Below are positions 17,650-24,162 of a DNA stretch of 24,162 bases, one piece after another. Origin of the DNA: a virus (Duplodnaviria > Caudoviricetes); IMG/VR virus record IMGVR_UViG_3300032266_000031, positions 1-24,162 of that record; one strand, given 5' to 3'. The stretch's first letter is position 1; every line of letters begins with the position of its first letter. A program made the translations under genes and the position numbers. Under the pieces are notes generated by a model. The model searched no databases. It was given only the letters and a program-made list of their open reading frames with translations, and was not told where the DNA came from.

Positions 17650-18155
17650 AATCAAACTTTGAAGACTCTTTGGCCCGTGTACTTGCCTCCGAAGGTGGCT
17701 ACGTGAACCACAAAGAAGACCCAGGCGGGATGACCAATCTGGGCTGCACCAAGGCAGTCTGGGAAGAGTTTGTAGGCCACCCTGTATCCGAGGCTGATAT
17801 GCGTGGCTTGACGCCCGATATGGTGGCTCCGCTGTATAAGCGTAAGTATTGGGACAAGGTTGCCGGCGACTTGTTGCCCAAAGGCTTGGACTATGCGGTG
17901 TTTGATGCCGCCATCAATAGCGGGCCAGGTCGTGCTGCCAAGTGGCTGCAAGAGGTCGTAGGCGTCACCGCTGATGGTGCTATTGGCCCCAAGACATTGG
18001 ATGTTGTAAGCACTTATCCTGTGCAGTTTTTAATCTCTCAATACAACGACACGCGACTTCAGTTTCTTGAGTCTTTGCCACATTGGAGCGTCTTTGGCAA
18101 AGGTTGGGGTAATCGCGTTTCCCATGTTCAATCAGTCGCCAGTCAGCTTGCGTAA
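17646..18155 (+). CDS. Endolysin, glycosyl hydrolase family 108 with C-terminal peptidoglycan-binding domain
   Basis: EGGYVNH.EDPGG.TN.G catalytic motif, YK.KYW, VFDAAINSGPGRA, ADGAIGPKTL, FGKGW.NRV. Confidence 0.93.
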   Translation: MKSNFEDSLARVLASEGGYVNHKEDPGGMTNLGCTKAVWEEFVGHPVSEADMRGLTPDMVAPLYKRKYWDKVAGDLLPKGLDYAVFDAAINSGPGRAAKWLQEVVGVTADGAIGPKTLDVVSTYPVQFLISQYNDTRLQFLESLPHWSVFGKGWGNRVSHVQSVASQLA

Positions 18156-18168
18156 CACAAATGTGTTA
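18153..18168. promoter_or_regulatory. Perfect dyad upstream of the phosphoesterase gene
   Basis: TAACACA-AA-TGTGTTA, overlapping a possible -10 (TAAGTT, 18167-18172). Confidence 0.4.
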
Positions 18169-18197
18169 AGTTTGCAGGGTTTTAAGGAGCCATTGCA

Positions 18198-19151
18198 ATG
18201 AGCCATCTTACAGACGCTGAGTTTATTGAACTGTGGAACACGCATAAATCTGCTGCAAAAATGTCTAAAGCCACTGGATTGGAGCAAAGATCAATTTACA
18301 GGAGGCGAAAATTTTTAGCTGAAAAACACAGCGTTGACATGGTGTCATCAGACAAGCGAACCACCTATTCGCCTTTACGTCCCAAGTCAGAATTAGGAAT
18401 TGAAAATGGAACAGTTATTGTTTTTTCTGACGCTCATTTCTGGCCTGGGATACGGACTACTGCTTTTCAGGGTTTGTTGTGGGCAATTGAAAAACTACAA
18501 CCCAAGGCAGTTGTTTGCAATGGTGATGCTTTTGATGGTGCATCTATCTCTCGCCATCCACCTCTGGGGTGGGAACGTACTCCAAGCGTCATTGATGAAC
18601 TGAACGCCTGCAAAGCTGCATTAAGTGACATAGAAGAAGCTGCTAAGAAAGCGCGACACAATGTAAAGCTAATGTTTACGATGGGCAACCATGACGCAAG
18701 GTTTGAGGTTCGATTAGCTGCCAATGCACCACAGTACGTCCAGACACCTGGCTTTAAACTATCTGACCATTTTCCAGAGTGGTCTTTTTGTATGCTTACT
18801 TGGTTAACAGATGATGTTGTTGTTAAGCACCGATACAAAGGTGGCGTCCATGCTACCCACAACAATACGGTAGGGGCTGGTAAAAGCATCGTAACAGGGC
18901 ATCTTCATTCCCTAAAAGTAACGCCCTATGCGGATTACTCAGGGAACAGGTTTGGGGTAGACACAGGGACACTAGCAGAGCCTTACGGACCACAGTTTGA
19001 TTACGCAGAAGGCAACCCGCTAAACCACAGGTCTGGCTTTGCTGTATTGACATTTAAAGACGGAAAATTGCTTTGGCCTGAACTTGTACACAAATGGGCA
19101 GATGGGCAAATTGAGTTTCGCGGGGAAGTGATTGATGTAGGCAATCTATAA
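18198..19151 (+). CDS. Calcineurin-like metallophosphoesterase with N-terminal HTH-like region
   Basis: All five motifs present: SDAH, GDAFD, GNHD, KH, GHLH. TAAGGAG RBS. N-terminal SAAKMSKATGLEQRSIYRRR. Confidence 0.88.
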   Translation: MSHLTDAEFIELWNTHKSAAKMSKATGLEQRSIYRRRKFLAEKHSVDMVSSDKRTTYSPLRPKSELGIENGTVIVFSDAHFWPGIRTTAFQGLLWAIEKLQPKAVVCNGDAFDGASISRHPPLGWERTPSVIDELNACKAALSDIEEAAKKARHNVKLMFTMGNHDARFEVRLAANAPQYVQTPGFKLSDHFPEWSFCMLTWLTDDVVVKHRYKGGVHATHNNTVGAGKSIVTGHLHSLKVTPYADYSGNRFGVDTGTLAEPYGPQFDYAEGNPLNHRSGFAVLTFKDGKLLWPELVHKWADGQIEFRGEVIDVGNL

Positions 19152-19194
19152 AAACAAGAAAGAGCATTCACGTTAGTAAACGCTCAATCTTGTT
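19151..19194 (-). terminator. Intrinsic terminator between convergent genes
   Basis: Minus-strand RNA GAGCGUUUAC-UAAC-GUGAAUGCUC (10 bp, two G-U) followed by UUUCUUGUUUUU, extendable by AACAAGA/UCUUGUU. Confidence 0.75.
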
Positions 19195-19202
19195 CTTATA
19201 AA

Positions 19203-19553
19203 TTAAACTGTCTCTTCTTCGGCTTCAACTTCATAGTCTTCGGCGTCTTCTACCAAGACCCACTCGCCGGTTTCAATGTTCAGCCAGTACCAAGCCTCAT
19301 GCTCTTCGTCGTACCAGCAGAAGCAATCAGCATCTTCATCGTAAGTGTACTCTTCGCCATCGTCAAAGTACTCAGAGATTTCTTCTGGAATGTCAAAGTA
19401 ATCGTCATCTTCAAATTCATCGTCCTCATCTTCTTCTTCAACAACATCCGTATTGCCCAAAATTTTAGCAATTTCAGCCATCTCAAACAAAGACTTGGTA
19501 GAAAATTCAAAATAAGCGGAACCTGGCAAGTCAATCGTAACAGTAAAAAGCAT
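19203..19553 (-). CDS. Hyper-acidic, aromatic-rich protein (116 aa); candidate nucleic-acid mimic
   Basis: ATG 19553 behind GGAGA. About 44 D/E against 2 K and 0 R by hand count. Confidence 0.8.
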   Translation of the reverse strand: MLFTVTIDLPGSAYFEFSTKSLFEMAEIAKILGNTDVVEEEDEDDEFEDDDYFDIPEEISEYFDDGEEYTYDEDADCFCWYDEEHEAWYWLNIETGEWVLVEDAEDYEVEAEEETV

Positions 19554-19612
19554 GATGTTCTCCAAAAATTAATTGCAGCGGGATGCTGCGAAAACATCTT
19601 ACAACATACAAA

Positions 19613-19798
19613 TTACAAATTTTTCGGCGTATTTTGTTGCGAAATTACAACTTTTCTCAACTCTTTCATAGCAAAATTAAGATCGTTTTTTAGTTCCTCA
19701 ATGGCATCCTGCTGGGCCTGCATACGCTCGTAAGAATCGTAAGCAAAGTTGGCTAGGTTCTCGTTGCTCCAAGCAGCAAAGTTTGGTGTGTCTTTCAT
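19613..19798 (-). CDS. Hypothetical coiled-coil protein
   Basis: 61 aa, PNFAAWSNENLANFA, TAATG-coupled to the upstream gene. Confidence 0.75.
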   Translation of the reverse strand: MKDTPNFAAWSNENLANFAYDSYERMQAQQDAIEELKNDLNFAMKELRKVVISQQNTPKNL

Positions 19799-20040
19799 TA
19801 TTCCATTTCGTTTGGTTTAGGACAATTCTCAGGGGGTACAACTACGCACCAGACGGAACTCATGTACTTCTGGGTGCCTTTAGTGACCCATCTGTCAATG
19901 TAGGCGTCAGGCATACATTTTAGAGAGTAAAGAATTGAATTCTTAACGCCCCCCATAATTTCACATATTTCTGCAATGGTAAGTCCGTCGTGATGTTCAC
20001 GCAGCAATTGGCGTATCACAGGCTGATTTGATTTTCTCAT
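19798..20040 (-). CDS. Hypothetical winged-HTH-like protein
   Basis: IRQLLREHHDGLTIAEICE...MPDAYIDRW...VWCVVVPPENCPKP. Confidence 0.7.
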   Translation of the reverse strand: MRKSNQPVIRQLLREHHDGLTIAEICEIMGGVKNSILYSLKCMPDAYIDRWVTKGTQKYMSSVWCVVVPPENCPKPNEME

Positions 20041-20227
20041 TCTCTTTGTCTTTGTTTCGTTTAGGTAGTGGCAGCCAACCCATGCACCAGCTTGCGCCCC
20101 AATACCCGATTAGGCAGATGCCTCCGGTAGTGAGCAGCAATACTTTGGTGTCTCTAGGCGGCTTGGGGTCTCCAACATGGGGGTACAAAAACTCTTGTCC
20201 ACCGGCAAAGTAGCGTTGCTCGGTCAT
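19997..20227 (-). CDS. Hypothetical protein, DUF551-like
   Basis: PP.DTKVLLLT...IGYW....GWLPLP pattern, ATGA overlap. Confidence 0.65.
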   Translation of the reverse strand: MTEQRYFAGGQEFLYPHVGDPKPPRDTKVLLLTTGGICLIGYWGASWCMGWLPLPKRNKDKENEKIKSACDTPIAA

Positions 20228-20415
20228 GTTGCCCTCATCTTGTTTTCGACAATGCCCGTTGTTTTGATTGGTGGCTCCACTTGAGGAAAGGTTGAGGATA
20301 CAAAGCGAAAAGCAGTGTCGCCGTCCTTGAGTAGAACTGTTATCGTTGCAGCTTGCAAGTCGCTGCCGTAAATCAGCATCAGTGCTTCCATAATGCGTTT
20401 CATTTCTTCGTTCAT
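20224..20415 (-). CDS. Hypothetical protein
   Basis: 63 aa, AAGGAG RBS, ATGA overlaps at both ends. Confidence 0.7.
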   Translation of the reverse strand: MNEEMKRIMEALMLIYGSDLQAATITVLLKDGDTAFRFVSSTFPQVEPPIKTTGIVENKMRAT

Positions 20416-21011
20416 GTGTTCTTCTCCTTCACGGCGGCTTCAACTCTACGCCCTCTTTCCATCGGGGTGGCGTTAACATAGATAGCATCCGACATCTCAT
20501 CTTCCGTCAGCCCTACCCACGGGCGCTGGGGTGGGGAAGTTTTAATAAATTGCTCCAATTCGTTTGCTAGTTCCCAACAAGCACCCGAACCCAAGCCAGG
20601 TATCTTTAAATGCTGCCCGTGATTAGATAAACGTTTAAGACCCTCAACCCATTGCAGCATATGCTTGACTGCCGCCGGCTCCTGCGCTGGCTGTTCCAAT
20701 GAATTTTTACCTCGAGGTTCTTGTTCCATCGCCCAATCAAGCCATTGTTCTGCGGTCATGTCGTAATAGCCATCAGGCCCAACAGATGACAGTTCCTTAC
20801 CGAGACGAATGGCGGCATTGCGCCACGTTACAGGCTCCTGCACTGGTTGTGCCAAGGTTTTACGCATACGCTGCTCCATTTCAATGCGAGCAAACTCATC
20901 ATTTTCATCAGTTTTCATGTTTTTTCCTATTTCTTTCCATCCTGCTATACCGTTCCAAGGCTTGGCAAATTTATCCCATGCTGATTGACGTTTGCTGGCA
21001 AAGCCGGTCAT
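20412..21011 (-). CDS. Mosaic early protein with QEP linkers and C-terminal PPQRPWVGLT module
   Basis: AQPVQEPV, EQPAQEPA and PPQRPWVGLTEDE..VEAAVKEKNT. TGATG overlap supports the ATG 21011 start. Confidence 0.7.
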   Translation of the reverse strand: MTGFASKRQSAWDKFAKPWNGIAGWKEIGKNMKTDENDEFARIEMEQRMRKTLAQPVQEPVTWRNAAIRLGKELSSVGPDGYYDMTAEQWLDWAMEQEPRGKNSLEQPAQEPAAVKHMLQWVEGLKRLSNHGQHLKIPGLGSGACWELANELEQFIKTSPPQRPWVGLTEDEMSDAIYVNATPMERGRRVEAAVKEKNT

Positions 21012-21277
21012 CAAAACCCCCTGCTCTTGTATTTCAAATGATCTTCAGCCCCTGGTCGGATGTACTCATTCTTTGGAGACGCATAAACTGGCTGTGCCCA
21101 CAACGAATTTGTAGCGGGTGGCACTACATCTGGGTCACGCACCGGAGGGACGTAGCCTTTACGCATATTGGCTTGCCCTTTGTCGCCAGCATTGCCAAAA
21201 GATTCCAGCGTCATGTAAGGATTGACACGCATGGCTGCTTTTTTCATTAAATTAGGATTACCGGCATCGAGTTTCAA
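21011..21277 (-). CDS. Hypothetical protein
   Basis: 88 aa, TTG start in a TTGA overlap behind GAGG, ends RPGAEDHLKYKSRGF. Confidence 0.7.
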   Translation of the reverse strand: MKLDAGNPNLMKKAAMRVNPYMTLESFGNAGDKGQANMRKGYVPPVRDPDVVPPATNSLWAQPVYASPKNEYIRPGAEDHLKYKSRGF

Positions 21278-21369
21278 AACGGAGCCTCTTCATAGTTTTC
21301 AGGGTTAAATTTAAGGGGTGGTGCTTTGGCTGGCACCAGCATGGGAAAAGGTGGAAAAGGCCAAGTCAT
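21274..21369 (-). CDS. 31-aa Pro-rich peptide
   Basis: MTWPFPPFPMLVPAKAPPLKFNPENYEEAPF, with 4-nt overlaps at both ends. Confidence 0.65.
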   Translation of the reverse strand: MTWPFPPFPMLVPAKAPPLKFNPENYEEAPF

Positions 21370-21500
21370 GGCGCGTACCACAGATAGCCAAACGTAAAGC
21401 ACAGGCTGGCAAAGATGCCTGCAATCACAGCTAATGTGACTAATTCTTCCATCACATCCCAAAGTAAGTTTCGTTCTTTTAAGTCGTTGTCTTCAATCAT
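21366..21500 (-). CDS. 44-aa single-TM membrane protein (absent from ORF track)
   Basis: MIEDNDLKERNLLWDVMEELVTLAVIAGIFASLCFTFGYLWYAP*, with ATGA overlaps at both ends. Confidence 0.7.
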   Translation of the reverse strand: MIEDNDLKERNLLWDVMEELVTLAVIAGIFASLCFTFGYLWYAP

Positions 21501-21685
21501 GGCCTTCTTCCTTCTTTTAAAATTTCCAACCGTTCCCGATTGGCTCTGAGGGTGCAGTAGCGTTGGTGGATACGCTCCAGCATGGATACGCGTCTATGTT
21601 TTGCGCGTTCTTCTTGCAACAAGGCCCACAAGTCAGCCTCGCTGTAATTAGGCAGTTCACTCTGAAATTTTCGCCATGTCAGCAA
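21497..21685 (-). CDS. Hypothetical basic helical protein
   Basis: Likely TTG start at 21685 behind GGAG. LERIHQRYCTLRANRER. Confidence 0.65.
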   Translation of the reverse strand: MLTWRKFQSELPNYSEADLWALLQEERAKHRRVSMLERIHQRYCTLRANRERLEILKEGRRP

Positions 21686-21821
21686 TTTTTTGCTCCAGAT
21701 CGGCAATCTTGGCCGTTACTTTGTTGTAAGCCCGAGATGCAGTGTTGTGCGTTCGGGTGCGAATAGCTAGTTCCGCTTGCGCGGCTTTTAACTTGGCTTT
21801 GAGTTGTGTAAGTTTGTTCAT
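21657..21821 (-). CDS. 54-aa basic coiled-coil protein (absent from ORF track)
   Basis: MNKLTQLKAKLKAAQAELAIRTRTHNTASRAYNKVTAKIADLEQKIADMAKISE* fills the gap after the primase gene. Confidence 0.7.
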   Translation of the reverse strand: MNKLTQLKAKLKAAQAELAIRTRTHNTASRAYNKVTAKIADLEQKIADMAKISE

Positions 21822-21828
21822 GTCCAAA

Positions 21829-21871
21829 AGTTTATCACACTTCTTGGCGTGTCAACGATCTTTTTTTAACA
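21829..21871 (-). promoter_or_regulatory. Probable leftward promoter for the small early genes
   Basis: A-tract, TTGACA (21855-21850), 15 nt, extended -10 TGaTAAACT. The spacer is shorter than optimal. Confidence 0.5.
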
Positions 21872-23873
21872 TCATTCCTGATGATGTGCCAGGGTCAATC
21901 ACAATCCAGCCGTTCTCATGGGTTTCAATCAAATTGGCGGCAATCAAATCAGCAATGTATTTGCCTGGCTTTTCTTTGCTGCCAATCAGATTTCTTCTAG
22001 TGTTTTCATTCTTTGACGTTGAAGTCTCTAGACCGTTCTCCTTTGCGTAGTCAGTCATAAAAGACCTAGTAAGGTACGGTGCCCCGCCTAGATCTTCTGC
22101 GCCTGATGCCCACCATGCGCGTTCAAACGAAGAGAATCCAAGGGGTTCACCTTTACTCTTAACTTCTGGTGTTTCGCCTTTAACCACCACCGCGCTGGTA
22201 ACCTGCTCACCATCCTCATCCAGCCAACCAGGTATTGCTACCGATTCCAATTCAACGTACACGGTTTGCGCCATCTCAGCGTCTTTGCTCTTGCGCTGCA
22301 CAATCTCCATCGGTTTTCCCGGCTTATTTGGAATAATGCTAATCTCAATGTCTAAAGCGCCACGCCATGCGCTAGAGCCACGGGCACGGTGCTGTGCCTC
22401 ATCCGACACGCCGGTGTGGTGAACCAAGATGACGGTGCAGCCAAACTCTTGCATAAGCGCAGCGCAGGCGTCCAGCATGGTTTTGGCGTCCTGTGCGCTA
22501 TTCTCATCACCCGACATAAAACGGTGCAGCGTGTCCACGGTGATTACGCTTGGTTTGATCTTGAGCGCCCTTACCGCCTCCACCACCTTTAAATAGCCTT
22601 CTGGCGTGTTTAAGTCCAGCCCTGACTTACTTACCCACATATTGAGTGTGCTGACCTTGTTGTGGTGCTTCCAAGCCGCTATCCGTGACCGCAGGCCGTG
22701 ATGCCCTTCACCAGCAAGGTAGACCATATTGCCGCCCCTGACCTTGTGACCAAACCAGCTTGGCTTGCCACTCGCAATGTGCAACATCCAGTCCAAGGTC
22801 ACAAAGGTCTTGCCGCCTCCGCTTGGACCATGCACCATCACCAAGGCTTGGTCTTGTATCCAATGCTTTACAAGCCACGAAATGGGCGCTGGCTGCTCTG
22901 AAAACCCATCGGCATGAACTAAGTAGTCTGTGGCGGCCAATGGCTTTAAAAGCAGCGCCAAATCATTTCCCGCCTGAACATAGTCATTGGCATCCCCAAG
23001 GACTGGCGGCATAGTCATGCGAACCCCATATTTGGCGCTTGCCTGCTCTGCGTAGCGTTGCCCCACGCCACTTGCGTCATGGTCGGCAACAATGCAAATG
23101 TCAATGTTTGGGTGTGACTCCTTGAGGATGCCGGTCACCGGCACCAGATTGCTGGCGCTGTAGGCTACGGCGCAAGGCTTGCCGGTCACCTCGGCAATGG
23201 TTGCTGCTGTGGCAAACCCTTCAGCAATGTAGAGCGTGTCTGCATCATCTACGCCGCCAACCAGCCAAAACATAGAGCCGGTAGCACCGCCTGGGTGGTA
23301 CTTCTTATCGCCATCACCGGCAATGTATTGGATGCTGCAAAGTTCGCCGTCTTCGTTGTACAAAGGCACCATCAAGCGCCCATCACCAGTTACCCTTGCG
23401 CCATGAGGCTTGATACCTTTCTTGGCTAGGTAAGGATGCTCTGGACTGGCTGCGCTACCTTCCGACCAAATGATTTCTACCGTCTGCGCCGCCACTTCGC
23501 GGGTCTTTGCCTGCTCTGCATCACGCTGTGCCTTGGCTTCTGACAGTCTGCGAGACTGCGCCATCTCTTCGGCCACCGTAAGACTACGCCCGATTTCTGC
23601 CTTCCAAGTCAACTCAACGCCAGAGCGCCAACATCCAAAGCGCCCTGCCGGTACGCCATCATTAAAGGCTATGTACCAACCAGGCTTATCGTGGCCTTTC
23701 TCACCCTTGGTGCCGCTGTTAAAGCGGTGAACCTTGCCGTCTAAATGTATGGTGTCTGGTGGCTTCAACCCCGCGCCTAGCATGGCGTCTTTTAGCTGTA
23801 CTTCGGGGGAATCTACTTGTTTTTCTGCTGGTGGTGACCAAGGGCCGCCGAGGATGTTTAAGAGGTTTGCCAT
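21852..23873 (-). CDS. Primase-helicase: Toprim domain fused to RepA/AAA_25 (SF4) helicase
   Basis: HPYLAKKGI, LMVPLYN..G..SIQYI..DG.K, Toprim IAEGFATA and IVADHD. Walker A GPSGGGKT, YLAGEG, Walker B ITVDT, LVHHTG, ARGSSAW. Confidence 0.92.
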   Translation of the reverse strand: MANLLNILGGPWSPPAEKQVDSPEVQLKDAMLGAGLKPPDTIHLDGKVHRFNSGTKGEKGHDKPGWYIAFNDGVPAGRFGCWRSGVELTWKAEIGRSLTVAEEMAQSRRLSEAKAQRDAEQAKTREVAAQTVEIIWSEGSAASPEHPYLAKKGIKPHGARVTGDGRLMVPLYNEDGELCSIQYIAGDGDKKYHPGGATGSMFWLVGGVDDADTLYIAEGFATAATIAEVTGKPCAVAYSASNLVPVTGILKESHPNIDICIVADHDASGVGQRYAEQASAKYGVRMTMPPVLGDANDYVQAGNDLALLLKPLAATDYLVHADGFSEQPAPISWLVKHWIQDQALVMVHGPSGGGKTFVTLDWMLHIASGKPSWFGHKVRGGNMVYLAGEGHHGLRSRIAAWKHHNKVSTLNMWVSKSGLDLNTPEGYLKVVEAVRALKIKPSVITVDTLHRFMSGDENSAQDAKTMLDACAALMQEFGCTVILVHHTGVSDEAQHRARGSSAWRGALDIEISIIPNKPGKPMEIVQRKSKDAEMAQTVYVELESVAIPGWLDEDGEQVTSAVVVKGETPEVKSKGEPLGFSSFERAWWASGAEDLGGAPYLTRSFMTDYAKENGLETSTSKNENTRRNLIGSKEKPGKYIADLIAANLIETHENGWIVIDPGTSSGMMLKKDR

Positions 23874-23888
23874 TTATTTTTCACTTGT

Positions 23889-23932
23889 TGTTAAAAAGTT
23901 GTTGACACTGTAGCACAAAACTATGCTATGAT
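23889..23932. promoter_or_regulatory. Divergent overlapping promoters between primase-helicase and Sak4-like gene
   Basis: Rightward TTGACA (23902-23907), 19 nt, TATGAT with TG extension. Leftward TGcTACAGT (23915-23907). Dyad TAGCA-N8-TGCTA. Confidence 0.6.
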
Positions 23933-23986
23933 CTAGCCACGCTTCGAACTGAGTCCAGACGGAAGCGCAAACAGAAGGAGAGCCAC

Positions 23987-24162
23987 ATGGCTATATCGTT
24001 AAAACGCACTAGCGGCCTCAGTGCCAATGGTGTTAAGTTGCTTGTCTATGGACAGGCTGGTGCGGGTAAGACAAGTCTAATCAAGACGTTGCCAAGCCCC
24101 GTTGTATTGTCTGCCGAGGGTGGATTATTGTCCATCCAAGACGCCGACCTGCCGTATCTGGA
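23987..24162 (+). CDS. Sak4-like / AAA_24 P-loop ATPase (3'-truncated)
   Basis: AAGGAG RBS, then MAISLKRTSGLSANGVKLLVYGQAGAGKTSLIKTLPSPVVLSAEGGLLSI (Walker A plus the AEGG motif). Confidence 0.85.
   Translation, partial: MAISLKRTSGLSANGVKLLVYGQAGAGKTSLIKTLPSPVVLSAEGGLLSIQDADLPYL

Noticed and set aside
20699-21250. 183-aa + strand ORF (also 19299-19733 and 21742-22050)
   Set aside because: Antisense to tightly coupled - strand genes that have RBSs; no motifs of their own.
1-24162. Alternative genetic code or stop-codon recoding
   Set aside because: Core genes are full length and tile the window under the standard code, with normal TAA/TGA overlaps.

Overview
A 24-kb slice of a P22-like (podovirus-type) tailed phage genome. 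A Betaproteobacterial or freshwater host is inferred from gene style only. The + strand carries the virion module: portal (5'-truncated), an accessory block (Dps/ferritin-like protein, beta-helix fibre, tail fibre and small partners), scaffold, P22-type coat, two putative decoration proteins, gp4/gp10/gp26-like tail proteins, a cupin, and three ejection proteins. Lysis genes (3TM holin, GH108 endolysin) and an HTH-metallophosphoesterase follow. The - strand carries a Toprim-RepA primase-helicase, a run of small early genes and a very acidic protein. A divergent promoter region leads to a 3'-truncated Sak4-like ATPase. No integrase, repressor, terminase, tRNA, CRISPR array or reverse transcriptase is visible. 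The best leads are: (1) a convergent phosphoesterase/hyper-acidic protein islet with a shared promoter architecture; (2) a portal-coupled Dps-like gene; (3) a two-hairpin leader hiding the scaffold RBS; (4) a cupin in the P22 gp14 slot; (5) a fibre with an internal ~200-aa duplication whose copies differ in GC; (6) a cassette-like early gene built on repeated 18-nt QEP linkers. All product calls come from motif recognition and synteny, not database searches.
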